Of a DNA stretch of 64,000 nucleotides, positions 9,905 to 19,397 are shown in pieces. Each line of letters begins with the position of its first letter. The stretch's first letter is position 1. This DNA is from a bacterium (lineage in GTDB: Bacteria > Hinthialibacterota > Hinthialibacteria > Hinthialibacterales > Hinthialibacteraceae), in assembly GCA_963662285.2 (NCBI GenBank), contig CAXXMV010000008.1:928001-992000 (forward strand). Reading direction: 5' to 3'. A model generated the notes under the pieces. That model searched no databases and had not been told where the DNA came from. It was given only the letters and a program-made list of their open reading frames with translations. A program made the position numbers and the translations under genes.

Positions 9905-9978
9905 TCAAACTCTCCCCAAACTTGGGGGGAGAATTTTAGGCTTAATACATTCAACTTAATACTTTCAACTTAATACTA

Positions 9979-11406
9979 TCAACTAACTTTTTTAACATTT
10001 TCCCGCATACGCTGCTTGTATCCTTCAACGCCGGTCTGATTATAAGTTTCACTGTCGCCATCTTTACTTCTACCGGAGAGTGGATCGATATGTAACGACT
10101 GAAGCCTTCCTTTTAAGGCTACCATATCCATCAAAATACGCATCAAGGCAAAGACGGAGGCTGGATCACGCTCCGGGAAATATAGCGTAACATTTGGTAC
10201 TGAGCGGAAGGTGAAATCCAAAGCCGTGCCGCTTAGCGAGGCGCCCTGCAATTCTTCAAGAGTTTTTCCTTCAAAAATCTTGAGGCTGCCTTCCAGAGGA
10301 GCATCAGCCGGAACCGCCAATTGATCATTAATTTTTTTAGGAGAGAGGAAAACGATCACTTTGTCGCGCGGCCCGTTGACGATTCCATTCAATAATGAAT
10401 GGTTTCCAGTGGGTCCAGTGGTCGCCAGGATGTTCATCCCTTCGCCGCGCTCTTGCACCGATTCGGCGTAGAGTTGAACGAACCAGTCGCCTAATTTATC
10501 ATTATCAAAGTAGGGATAAAAAACCAATGAAGTTTTGTTGCAGTAATCTTCGGCCACATGTAGAAGACGGGCCAGTTGATAAGACGGATTGGTTTTGACG
10601 TCTTGAGTTAAAAACGCATCATGAGCCGCCGCATAACCTTCATAGGCTCTTTTTAGTTGCGCGAGCGGGGTATCCGGCGAAGTTACGGCCAGCAGCAATA
10701 CGCCAACGGGAGATGCGAAGGAAAAACGGCCTCCCACGCCATCAGGTACGGGAAGCATACCCAGGAACTTGCCTTTACCGTTTTTTTGCATATTGAAAAG
10801 CAGGCTGTTTTCATTGAGGCCGGTAGTGGCCACAGTACGGCTCATCCAATCATCGCCCAAGGCTTCAGCCAGCAGCATGCCGGATAAAGCAGTCTCAGCG
10901 GTGGTGCCGCTCTTGCTGACAATATTGATGTAGGTCTTATCAAGCAGGTTACGGGATTTCAACATTTCCAGCAATGCGCTTAACTTAACCGGATCAAAAG
11001 TATCGCCAGTAAAGTAAATCTCAGGAATATTGGTAATCTGTCCACTCATCACCATTTCATTATGATAGGGATGATTCAACAGGTTATGGAGCGTTCGTCC
11101 GCCTAGGTCCGAACCGCCGATGCCAACTGTGATGAAGACTTTAGCTTTGTCCCGAATCACTTGCGCCAGTTCCGCGATGCTTTCCAGTGAGACGTAATCA
11201 GGATGATCAACCGGAACCTTATGGCTCCAGGTCCAAGCCCTTAAGTGGTTGACTAAATTAAGGTATCCCTTATCGCTTTCGGCTTGGAAATCCTTTTGAA
11301 ATGCTTCAAGGTTAGAGTCGAGTTGAGCAATCCAATCGGGTGGGGTTACTTGCTCAAGCGCCTTGGCGCCAGATGAATCCAGGGTAAAACCATCAAAAAA
11401 ACTCAT
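9979..11406 (-). CDS. pgi: Glucose-6-phosphate isomerase
   Basis: VGIGGSDLG, VSKSGTTAET, VGGRFS, QLYAES, NQTGVEGYK. Confidence 0.9.
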   Translation of the reverse strand: MSFFDGFTLDSSGAKALEQVTPPDWIAQLDSNLEAFQKDFQAESDKGYLNLVNHLRAWTWSHKVPVDHPDYVSLESIAELAQVIRDKAKVFITVGIGGSDLGGRTLHNLLNHPYHNEMVMSGQITNIPEIYFTGDTFDPVKLSALLEMLKSRNLLDKTYINIVSKSGTTAETALSGMLLAEALGDDWMSRTVATTGLNENSLLFNMQKNGKGKFLGMLPVPDGVGGRFSFASPVGVLLLAVTSPDTPLAQLKRAYEGYAAAHDAFLTQDVKTNPSYQLARLLHVAEDYCNKTSLVFYPYFDNDKLGDWFVQLYAESVQERGEGMNILATTGPTGNHSLLNGIVNGPRDKVIVFLSPKKINDQLAVPADAPLEGSLKIFEGKTLEELQGASLSGTALDFTFRSVPNVTLYFPERDPASVFALMRILMDMVALKGRLQSLHIDPLSGRSKDGDSETYNQTGVEGYKQRMRENVKKVS

Positions 11407-11716
11407 GATACGGGTAATCCTTTCTATCTATACAAAATATTATGTTTTTTTTAATGGCGATTAACAATAGTTTATAATAATAGAGTGACCAATCCATTTT
11501 GCCGGTAGTTATTTAATATTCCCCTCACTCTAGGCCTCTCCCAGAGGGGGAGGGGATATTGTTACCCGACATTATTTGGTGGACAAAGAATGTTATATTG
11601 CGAATCGCTCTAAGACATAGCGCTTAATTGTATTCCTAGCACTAAAAATCACCTAGCCCTTCTATTGCAACAGAGACAAGGGCATTTTATATTGGAGAAA
11701 TGGTAGATCACTTTCA

Positions 11717-12436
11717 CTAAAATCGTTTTAAGATAAATTCCGGTATAGATTTAATCAACCAGGCGATCAGCCGCCAGCGGCGCGTTATATAAGCGTGATC
11801 CCGCTTTTTCTCTATGGCCTGATAGATCTGGAGCGCCGCTTTTTCTGATGAAGCAACCCAGAACATCCCTTCCTGTCCTTCAACCAGCGGCGTATCAACG
11901 AAACCGGGCTTAATATCGGTTATGGTAACCGGGATTTTTCTATGTATAATATTATTGCGTATGCCTTGCAGAAAATTCGAGACGTAGGCTTTGGACGCAC
12001 TATAGACTGATGAATGCCGATGACCGAATAGCGCGGCGATAGAAGAGATGCCGACCAGATGTCCGGCGCCCTGCTTGATAAAGTATTGCGTGGCCTCATC
12101 GCATATCGCCGTAAAACCCAAGACATTAACCACAATCACTTTGCGGTCTATTTCCCAGTCTGCATCAGGATTGGGGATGCCGATTCCTGCGTTTATTACC
12201 ACCAGATCAACTCCACCCAGCATTTCGATCAGTTGATGGAAGCGTTTTATCGCAAAACTAATTTGAGAAACATCCATTACTTTATACTGTATCTTATCGG
12301 GGAATTGCTGTTGTAAATCTATCAAACGATCTTCGCGGCGACCAGTTATTCCAACTATGTAATCATGTTGCACTAATTCTTTTGCCAACGCTTCACCGAT
12401 GCCCGATGTAGCGCCGATAATAATCGCTTTTTTCAT
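11717..12436 (-). CDS. Short-chain dehydrogenase/reductase (SDR)
   Basis: Start MKKAIIIGATSGIG at 12436; NAG; YSASK catalytic motif; PGFVDT. Confidence 0.9.
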   Translation of the reverse strand: MKKAIIIGATSGIGEALAKELVQHDYIVGITGRREDRLIDLQQQFPDKIQYKVMDVSQISFAIKRFHQLIEMLGGVDLVVINAGIGIPNPDADWEIDRKVIVVNVLGFTAICDEATQYFIKQGAGHLVGISSIAALFGHRHSSVYSASKAYVSNFLQGIRNNIIHRKIPVTITDIKPGFVDTPLVEGQEGMFWVASSEKAALQIYQAIEKKRDHAYITRRWRLIAWLIKSIPEFILKRF

Positions 12437-12458
12437 TAAATTATTCCTTATAAATATC

Positions 12459-13094
12459 CTAGATCCACTCGCGACCAAGAGTTTCAGGTCCCCCTTTGCG
12501 TTCACGATACCAACGCGGTAAATATGCGCCTCCAGCCCGCAAAATATCACCACTGCTGCGCAGGCCGTTGGTGGCATCATAAAACTGAAAATTTGGAGGA
12601 TGAGATGGATAATCCGGAGTCGGCTTAAATGTATCGATGCCATCCGGCCCAACGCATTCTATATTGAACATATCGAATTTCATATTTCCGCCGCTAAAAT
12701 TTCTTCTCGCATCACCTCTTCGATTGGTTACCATAAACTCATAATAAGTATCATAGTCGTTGCCCCGGTTATTTACATATTTAGTTTCAAACGGATCCAT
12801 CAGAAATGCATGAAGATACGGTATTGGAGTAGTCAGATACCGGTATCCCTCATAATAATTGGCGCTGGTTGCGGTTGTGGGAGGATACGTTCCACAATCA
12901 GCAAAGTAACTCTCGAAAGCATTGGCAAGAGTACGTTGCTCGCTATGCGCTTTAGCCACCTTGGCGCGAATCCGGGCATTAAGAAAATTGGGAAGCGCAA
13001 TGGCCGCCAAAATCCCGATAATCGCGACAACAATCAGCAGTTCGATGAGAGTAAACGCGAATAAATTGTTATGTCTCATTTTCACGTCCTTCAC
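12459..13094 (-). CDS. Prepilin-type N-terminal cleavage/methylation protein (GspG-like pseudopilin)
   Basis: AFTLIELLIVVAIIGILAAIALPNF; start may be 13079 (MRHNN). Confidence 0.88.
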   Translation of the reverse strand: MKDVKMRHNNLFAFTLIELLIVVAIIGILAAIALPNFLNARIRAKVAKAHSEQRTLANAFESYFADCGTYPPTTATSANYYEGYRYLTTPIPYLHAFLMDPFETKYVNNRGNDYDTYYEFMVTNRRGDARRNFSGGNMKFDMFNIECVGPDGIDTFKPTPDYPSHPPNFQFYDATNGLRSSGDILRAGGAYLPRWYRERKGGPETLGREWI

Positions 13095-13340
13095 CGGAAT
13101 AGATTATATAAAAACATTAGCGTGCGCTATCCCCCCATATTGAACTTTAAAATTAATCCAGTCCCGCTATCATTGCTCTTACTATTTCTCAGGCAAGGAT
13201 GAGAATCATGTTAATCCATCCAGCAAATAGCACTATGTCACTCACAGGCATAAGCATTTCGATGTATCCTACCACAAAATAACGTTGTTATGTCAGCGAC
13301 ATAGTTTTTTTTTACATTTCAAGACATAGGAAGAGATTTA

Positions 13341-14696
13341 ATGAGTCATACATTTCAATACCCACGCATCACTATTTCAGGGGCGCGCGGCATAGTCGGC
13401 CAGGACCTGACGGTCGATAATGTGCAGCGCATGGCATGGGCTTACGCCCGTTTCATCGGCGGCGGCGCCATCGTTCTAGCCCGTGATTCCCGGCCCAGCG
13501 GGCCAATGGTGCGCAGCGCCGTCGAGTCTGGACTGCTGGCTGGTGGATGCAGCGTCATCGATATCGGACTGGCCCCGACACCTTCGGTTGGCATCATGAT
13601 CCGCAAACTGAACGCCAAGGGAGGGGTTAACATCACCGCCAGCCATAATCCATCCCCCTGGAACGCTCTTAAACTGTTTGGCTCAGACGGTACATTTCCC
13701 TCAGACCAATTCGTGCAGGACTATATCAAATTTCTTAATCAGGAGACGCTGCAACACGCCGTATGGGATGAGATCGGCGAAGCCCGGCAAGACCACACGG
13801 CTCTTGAGGTTCACTCTCAATTAGTCGAAGACGCTATTGATTGCTCCAGAATCCGTGAGAAAAAATACCGCGTGGTGGTTGATGGATGCCGTTCCGTAGG
13901 TGGAGTTTTTCTGCCGCCATTCCTTGAACGATTGGGATGCGACGTTATCCAGCTGGATTGTCAACCCGACGGCGATTTTCAACGCATCCTCGAACCAACC
14001 CCGGAAAACCTGGGCGCCCTGTGCGAACTGGTGAAGAAAGAGAAGGCTGATATTGGCATCGCCGCCGATCCCGACGCCGACCGGCTGGCTATCGTCTCCG
14101 AAGAGGGCAAGGCCATCGGTGAAGAATTCACCCTGGCATTTGCGACCTACGCCGCTCTGCATCAAGCGGGAGGCGGCATATCGGTCGCCAATCTATCAAC
14201 ATCAATGTTGACTGATTACGCCGCCAAGATTTGCGGCGGCAGCGTAATCCGCACTGCTATCGGCGAAGCCAATGTAGCCGACGGCATCCGCGCTAACAAT
14301 GCGGTTATCGGCGGAGAAGGCAATGGCGGAGTGATGTATCCCGCAGTGCACAACGGACGCGACTCTCTAACCGCAGCTGCTTTGACGCTCAAACTTATGG
14401 CTGATTCAGGCAAGACGGTCAGCGCCCTGGCTGCTGAGTTCCCCGACTATGTCATATTGAAAGACAAGGTCACTATCGACCTTGCTAAAGCCGGCGCCCG
14501 GTTGGATGAGATTGCTGCCAATCCCCCTGATGGCGAAGTGGATACCCAGGACGGCGTAAAGATTATCCGCGAAGATGCATGGCTCCACCTGCGTTGCTCT
14601 AACACTGAACCCATCGTGCGCATTATCGCTGAAGCCTGCGGTGAAGAGCAAACCCGTGAACTGATAGAAGAAGGCAAGCGGTTGCTGAATATTTGA
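13341..14696 (+). CDS. glmM: Phosphoglucosamine mutase / phosphomannomutase (alpha-D-phosphohexomutase)
   Basis: TASHNP phosphoserine loop, DPDADR metal loop, GEGNGG, RCSNTEPIVR; substrate specificity uncertain. Confidence 0.82.
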   Translation: MSHTFQYPRITISGARGIVGQDLTVDNVQRMAWAYARFIGGGAIVLARDSRPSGPMVRSAVESGLLAGGCSVIDIGLAPTPSVGIMIRKLNAKGGVNITASHNPSPWNALKLFGSDGTFPSDQFVQDYIKFLNQETLQHAVWDEIGEARQDHTALEVHSQLVEDAIDCSRIREKKYRVVVDGCRSVGGVFLPPFLERLGCDVIQLDCQPDGDFQRILEPTPENLGALCELVKKEKADIGIAADPDADRLAIVSEEGKAIGEEFTLAFATYAALHQAGGGISVANLSTSMLTDYAAKICGGSVIRTAIGEANVADGIRANNAVIGGEGNGGVMYPAVHNGRDSLTAAALTLKLMADSGKTVSALAAEFPDYVILKDKVTIDLAKAGARLDEIAANPPDGEVDTQDGVKIIREDAWLHLRCSNTEPIVRIIAEACGEEQTRELIEEGKRLLNI

Positions 14697-14706
14697 AGTG
14701 GACTCA

Positions 14707-14745
14707 ATCAAGGGCTGAGCGCGATGCGCTCTTGCCCTTGGCGCC
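14707..14745 (+). repeat. REP-A hairpin copy
   Basis: ATCAAGGGCTGAGCGCGATGCGCTCTTGCCCTTGGCGCC directly after the mutase stop. Confidence 0.9.
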
Positions 14746-14759
14746 TACTCTTGGCTATC

Positions 14760-14860
14760 CTATTTGACACACCGGCTAGAAGCCGATGCTCCCCAGTCTA
14801 TGATACTTCCCGTCTCATTCTCATCTCCCGATTTGTGTCCTGAGAGTAGCGGGAGAGGGG
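14760..14860 (+). repeat. Composite REP-B element, copy 1 (2 x 17-bp internal repeats)
   Basis: CACCGGCTAGAAGCCGATGCTCCCC core at 14770-14794; tail GATTTGTGT..GAGAGTAGC..GGGAGAGGGG shared with the 19.3 kb and 40.7 kb copies. Confidence 0.85.
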
Positions 14861-14959
14861 ACGACGCTTCTCAACTTAATCACATTTACCAAACTCAAAA
14901 GAGAACCGCAGCCTTCAAACTCAGGGATGAAGAATCCTTGAATTACCTACATTTCCCCC

Positions 14960-15018
14960 TTGACTCTACGATAAACGTAGTAGATACTAGAACCATAGTA
15001 ACTACTATAAACCCAGTA
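14960..15018 (+). promoter_or_regulatory. Putative promoter overlapped by BlaI-type operator palindromes
   Basis: TTGACT-17-GATACT; CTACG-ataaa-CGTAG at 14966-14980, TACTA-gaacca-TAGTA at 14985-15000, weaker third copy at 15003-15018. Confidence 0.55.
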
Positions 15019-15038
15019 TCACGATATGGATTTTGATA

Positions 15039-15437
15039 ATGAAAGAAAATATTCAACAACCATCCAACCTCGAAATGCAGGTGCTTTCGGTTCTGTGGGA
15101 TAACGGGCCGTCGACCGCCCGGCAGGTGCTTGAAGCCATGCCCGATGGCAAGAAGCGGGCTTATACCACGGTGCTCTCCGTGCTGCAAATGCTGGAGAAG
15201 AAAACGCTGGTTACACATGATGCTCAGGGCAACGCCCATGTCTACAAACCCTGCGTGAGCAAGCGCAAGGTGCTGCGGCCCTATTTGCGGGATATGGTGC
15301 GCAATGTATTCGGGGGCAGCCCTTCGGAAGCCATGCAGTTTTTGCTGCAAGAGACCACCGTAAGCGATGATGAGTATAACGAAATCCGCAAAACAGTTGA
15401 CGAGTTCAATCAGCAGTCAGGCAAAAAACCTAAGTGA
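15039..15437 (+). CDS. BlaI/MecI/CopY family transcriptional repressor
   Basis: PSNLEMQVLSVLW, AYTTVLSVLQMLEKK, VFGGS; directly upstream of an M56 gene. Confidence 0.92.
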   Translation: MKENIQQPSNLEMQVLSVLWDNGPSTARQVLEAMPDGKKRAYTTVLSVLQMLEKKTLVTHDAQGNAHVYKPCVSKRKVLRPYLRDMVRNVFGGSPSEAMQFLLQETTVSDDEYNEIRKTVDEFNQQSGKKPK

Positions 15438-15448
15438 GGCGATGAACT

Positions 15449-18400
15449 GTGCATTTATTTATTGATTTTCTAAGTAATGAATCCTGCGCTAATCTGGCGT
15501 TGGCTTTGTTGCATAGTTTGTGGCAGGGGGCGTTGGTTGGTTTGGTTTTGTTTGGGCTGTTGAAGATGCTGCCCGCTCGAGTTTCGAGGCTGCGTTATAG
15601 CGCTTCGTTGTTGGCGCAGTTTTCTATTGTGTTTGTGTGTCTGGTTACCTGGTCGTTTTTGAATTACCAACCTTTTGCTGAGTCCACTGCGGCTCAGGTT
15701 GAAACGCCCGATTTAGGGTATTCAATCCATCAGGCTTTATCGGCGCCTAAGGTTTTGATTGAAGTTGGCGATGAGGCATCAGCGACGTCATATACTTATC
15801 TTGAATCGCCTTCCCTGCCCTGGACGGTTTGGATAATTGTGATTTGGATGATTGGCGTTGCAACTATGCTGGTTAGGATGTCGGTGACTATCGCTAAAGT
15901 TAACGCCATTCGTCTGCAATGCCGCCCGGTTACAGATCAAGCCATTCTTGCGTTAGTCGAACAGGTATCCAAATCGTTCCGTTTGCTTCGACCCATAAAA
16001 GTCATGCTATCCGATACCCTCCAGTCGCCAGCGGTGATGGGGATTATGTGGCCGGTGATACTGCTGCCTGTTTCTATGGTTAGTGGATTATCGATGGATG
16101 CCCTACGGGCCATATTGGCTCATGAGATGGCTCATATACGGCGCTGGGATTATCTGGTGAATCTGGCGCAGATGCTGATTGAAGCGCTGCTCTTCTTTAA
16201 TCCATTGGTCTGGTGGATCAACCGTCAAATCCGTCTGGAGCGTGAGGCCTGTTGCGACGCCCTGGCTATCAGCGCTACTGGAGACCGTAAGCAATACCTC
16301 AACGCATTGGCCCTGGTTATAGAGCAGTTCCGCGCACAATCAATCCAGTTGCAGCCAGCGCCATCATTCAGCCATGAAGCAAAACCCGGTGATATGCTGG
16401 ACCGCATCAAACGAATATCCCACCCAGACAGGCGCCCCAACCTCTGGGCGCCCTGGCCCGGCTTCATAGCCTTCCTGCTGATCAGCGCCCTGATGATCGG
16501 CTGTATGCAACGCGGGGCCGACTATTTCGTCGAGTCGGCTTCTGAATGGATGATTACTGAAGAGCAGGTTGAGCAAATTGCTGCGATTGAGAAATCGCAT
16601 GATATGAACAACCCAGCTAATAGTCAGAACAGAACTAAAGTAAAAATCTCAGGAACCATTAGGACATGGGATGGATCACCGTTGCCGGAAAGAGTGAATG
16701 CTTTAATTGAAACCAATGGAGCAGGAGGAACCTATACCAATCTCCATGTAGAGGATGGAGAATTTTCAGTTGATTGCCGTCATGGGAAAATATATCTATT
16801 CACCGATGCCAAGGGGTATGCAACTACTGCGGCAGGGCCATTCATCGTCGAACCGAGTGGAGAACTGAAAGATGTTGAACTGGTTCTCAAACCTGGTATT
16901 GAAGGACGCATCAAGTTCGTCGATCCAGATAAGAATCCTATTCCGGATATGACGTTGGGGTCAATGGGATGGTGGTCAAGTAATGACGGCAGCGCATCAT
17001 CAATCGGCGGCAGCGATAAATATCAAGGAGATGCAAATGGCATCGTAACTATCTTGGTTTCAAGCGATATATCTGAAAAGATTGAAACCAATACCCCTGG
17101 GTATCAACACGATGAGAAAGTAATCAAGTTTAAGCAGGATGAGACGCATGTCTGGGAACTTAAACCAGCGCAAAAAACCACTGGCGTTGTTGTATCGAAA
17201 GATTCAGGAGAGCCAATACCGTTTGCTGAACTTAGATTTTTTTGCTGGGAGAAACTCAAAAGCACTAGTTACTATGGCAACACCCCCGGCTATAACAAAA
17301 ATAAGGCTAACATGCTATCAACTCATTCCGATGAGAATGGTCAATTCACGCTGCCCTTTTTACGGGATGACACGGTATATACTTATATTGTCTATTCGCC
17401 AGATAATGGCAAGGGACATTTAGATAACATAAGAGCGGGTGATAAAAACCTGCTCATTGCTATCGGCGATCCGATTTCTGTAAAAGGGAAAATTATTGGT
17501 TCGCTTGATGAACTGCCTAATAAAAAACAGATTTCTTATGATCAATACTACCAGCTAGGTCAGCGTGAAAATCAAACTAATAACAACTCAATTCTTAAAC
17601 TTAATGATGGCATCGGATATTTTGAAATAAACGACCTATGGCCGGGCAAGTTGACATTTAATATTGCTGATCGTACGTTTGATTATGACATTCAATCATC
17701 GACCGACCAGCTGGTGATCGATCTATCAAAGCCCGTTCCAATACAACCATCAATCCAGAGCGCAACACGGACGGTGATTATGACCTTCAAGGTTCCCCCT
17801 GACGCCGCGCCTGCCAAGGGTTCGCTGGAGATAAATTATTCCGTACCCGATTATACAAAATATACCGCTCAACATCATTATTACAAACACGCTGGCAAAA
17901 AGACGTGCGAGATCGTTGATGGTAAGATACAACTTGATATTCCCGTGCCGGGATATATTAACATCCATAATCCGCGATTAACTGGTTATTGGATTCAAAA
18001 TCATTTTTCAAAATCAGTAGTAGAATTGGATTTTCCCGAAGAGATCACCATTCCCCTGGTTCCATCCGGTTCGATTTACGGTCAGATCAACAATAATCCC
18101 GCAGATGAATTCAAGGCAAGGATTATCGAATTGAAGCATTCTCCATTTTTAGAAGAGATTCAACATAATTTGAATTTCAATGAGCAACATAAAATCAGAG
18201 ATAAATTCGCCTTTCATCCATTGCCCTTCGGCGGAGTGTACGCCATTGCGCTATATAATGAAAACACAGTTATAACCAGCCAGCCGATTGCAGTTACTTC
18301 ATCCAACCCGACAGTTGAATGGAATCCAGTAATACCAAAAGGCATAACAGTCAGCGGCCAGGTATTAAAACCGGATGGCTCGCCATTGGCTAATGCAGAG

Positions 18401-18895
18401 TTGTCATTGCGCTTTACCACCGGATATTCATTGGATAGCCGGAATTTCATGCAGATGCAGGATTTTGAAGCAAACAGTGAAGGAAGATTTCAGATCGATG
18501 GAATTAATCCGGATGTGAGCGGCCATTATACATTAGCCTATGCAGGGAAAAGCGGCTATCAGGTAATGCGCGACACAATTTCTCTCAATGGTGAAAACAT
18601 AACATTACGCCTGAAAGATGGACTCACCGCCAAGGGAGTTGTGTTATTTACTGATACAGGGGCGCCCGCTCAAGGAGTTACAGTATACGGATATACCAAC
18701 CACTGGGAAAAATATGAGAATGCCTACTGTGAACTGCCAACCAACAGCAAGGGCGAATTTATATTCAGCAACCTGGAAGCATTGGAATATACCTTGGGCG
18801 CCAGCGGAGTACAAATCAATGATTACCGCTCCGCTCCTAAGATTACCGGGGGACAGGTGGAATCGGTAACAGTTTGGGTAAAACCTTATGAGTAG
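15449..18895 (+). CDS. M56 family metallopeptidase (BlaR1-like) with a large extracytoplasmic region of carboxypeptidase-regulatory-like repeats
   Basis: N-terminal TMs (LLHSLWQG), HEMAH zinc motif, FFNPLVWW, REACCD; repeated SG.V..PDG.P units in the C-terminal part. Confidence 0.9.
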   Translation: MHLFIDFLSNESCANLALALLHSLWQGALVGLVLFGLLKMLPARVSRLRYSASLLAQFSIVFVCLVTWSFLNYQPFAESTAAQVETPDLGYSIHQALSAPKVLIEVGDEASATSYTYLESPSLPWTVWIIVIWMIGVATMLVRMSVTIAKVNAIRLQCRPVTDQAILALVEQVSKSFRLLRPIKVMLSDTLQSPAVMGIMWPVILLPVSMVSGLSMDALRAILAHEMAHIRRWDYLVNLAQMLIEALLFFNPLVWWINRQIRLEREACCDALAISATGDRKQYLNALALVIEQFRAQSIQLQPAPSFSHEAKPGDMLDRIKRISHPDRRPNLWAPWPGFIAFLLISALMIGCMQRGADYFVESASEWMITEEQVEQIAAIEKSHDMNNPANSQNRTKVKISGTIRTWDGSPLPERVNALIETNGAGGTYTNLHVEDGEFSVDCRHGKIYLFTDAKGYATTAAGPFIVEPSGELKDVELVLKPGIEGRIKFVDPDKNPIPDMTLGSMGWWSSNDGSASSIGGSDKYQGDANGIVTILVSSDISEKIETNTPGYQHDEKVIKFKQDETHVWELKPAQKTTGVVVSKDSGEPIPFAELRFFCWEKLKSTSYYGNTPGYNKNKANMLSTHSDENGQFTLPFLRDDTVYTYIVYSPDNGKGHLDNIRAGDKNLLIAIGDPISVKGKIIGSLDELPNKKQISYDQYYQLGQRENQTNNNSILKLNDGIGYFEINDLWPGKLTFNIADRTFDYDIQSSTDQLVIDLSKPVPIQPSIQSATRTVIMTFKVPPDAAPAKGSLEINYSVPDYTKYTAQHHYYKHAGKKTCEIVDGKIQLDIPVPGYINIHNPRLTGYWIQNHFSKSVVELDFPEEITIPLVPSGSIYGQINNNPADEFKARIIELKHSPFLEEIQHNLNFNEQHKIRDKFAFHPLPFGGVYAIALYNENTVITSQPIAVTSSNPTVEWNPVIPKGITVSGQVLKPDGSPLANAELSLRFTTGYSLDSRNFMQMQDFEANSEGRFQIDGINPDVSGHYTLAYAGKSGYQVMRDTISLNGENITLRLKDGLTAKGVVLFTDTGAPAQGVTVYGYTNHWEKYENAYCELPTNSKGEFIFSNLEALEYTLGASGVQINDYRSAPKITGGQVESVTVWVKPYE

Positions 18896-18981
18896 TCGAA
18901 CTGTTACCCATAAATATTGTGATAAACTGAAAAAACACTCTATCAATAACCAGAGAGCATCAAAAAGGAGAATATCAAAAA

Positions 18982-19005
18982 GGGTAGCATCGGCTTCTAG
19001 CCGGT
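18982..19005 (-). repeat. REP-B hairpin (inverted copy, GTAG foot)
   Basis: GGGTAGCATCGGCTTCTAGCCGGT is the near reverse complement of the REP-B core. Confidence 0.85.
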
Positions 19006-19022
19006 ACGCCAATCCCGTCGGT

Positions 19023-19205
19023 TATCTTCACACAAAAAAGGATACTCTTCCACGATTTCAACCAATCCCTTCCTAACCGGTTTGCTTCTATTGATGAATA
19101 ACTTTTAATGCTATGAAGTATTGTTGTGATCGAATGATATCCAAAGTTTGGAATTTCCAATAGCGTAAGGAGGATGTACACGTGATCCGGCATCACAACA
19201 TAAAT
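19023..19205 (-). pseudogene. Remnant of a REP-associated tyrosine transposase (RAYT / Y1 HUH family) with internal deletion
   Basis: Minus-strand YVVMPDHVYILL (HUH region) and ILHSIKSYSS..ANR; in another frame the C-terminal GLVEIVEEYPF; N-terminus and catalytic Tyr segment missing; flanked by REP-B copies. Confidence 0.75.
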
Positions 19206-19232
19206 CGGTTATTCATTTTTCATCCCTCTATT

Positions 19233-19397
19233 TCCATGGAAATGATTATGCGTAATGGGGCTCATTCTATTCTATTTGACACACCGGCTAGAAGCCGATG
19301 CTCCCCATTTTATGATGCTCCCCATTCTATGATGCGTCCCATTCTACCTCTTTTGATTTGTGTACGGAGAGTAGCCCGCGGGGAGAGGGGGCTTGGG
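19233..19397 (+). repeat. Composite REP-B element, copy 2 (3 x 17-bp internal repeats)
   Basis: Core at 19282-19306; ATGCTCCCCATTYTATG-like repeats at 19298-19346; leader and tail shared with 40625-40867. Confidence 0.85.

Noticed and set aside
9715-9954. ORF with KMGNDI repeats
   Set aside because: Artefact of the 18-bp tandem repeat and REP sequences.
12437-12652. 72-aa N-terminal extension of the SDR
   Set aside because: Overlaps the pseudopilin gene; the SDR fold starts at MKKAIIIG (12436) with its own RBS.
14764-15036. Short ORFs sharing HRLEADA (14764, 18644, 40532)
   Set aside because: The shared peptide is simply the translated REP-B core.
18860-18895. BlaR1-like C-terminus (SVTVWVKPYE) as a fifth sorting-motif example
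   Set aside because: W-to-Y spacing differs and the protein is an inner-membrane sensor; probably coincidental.
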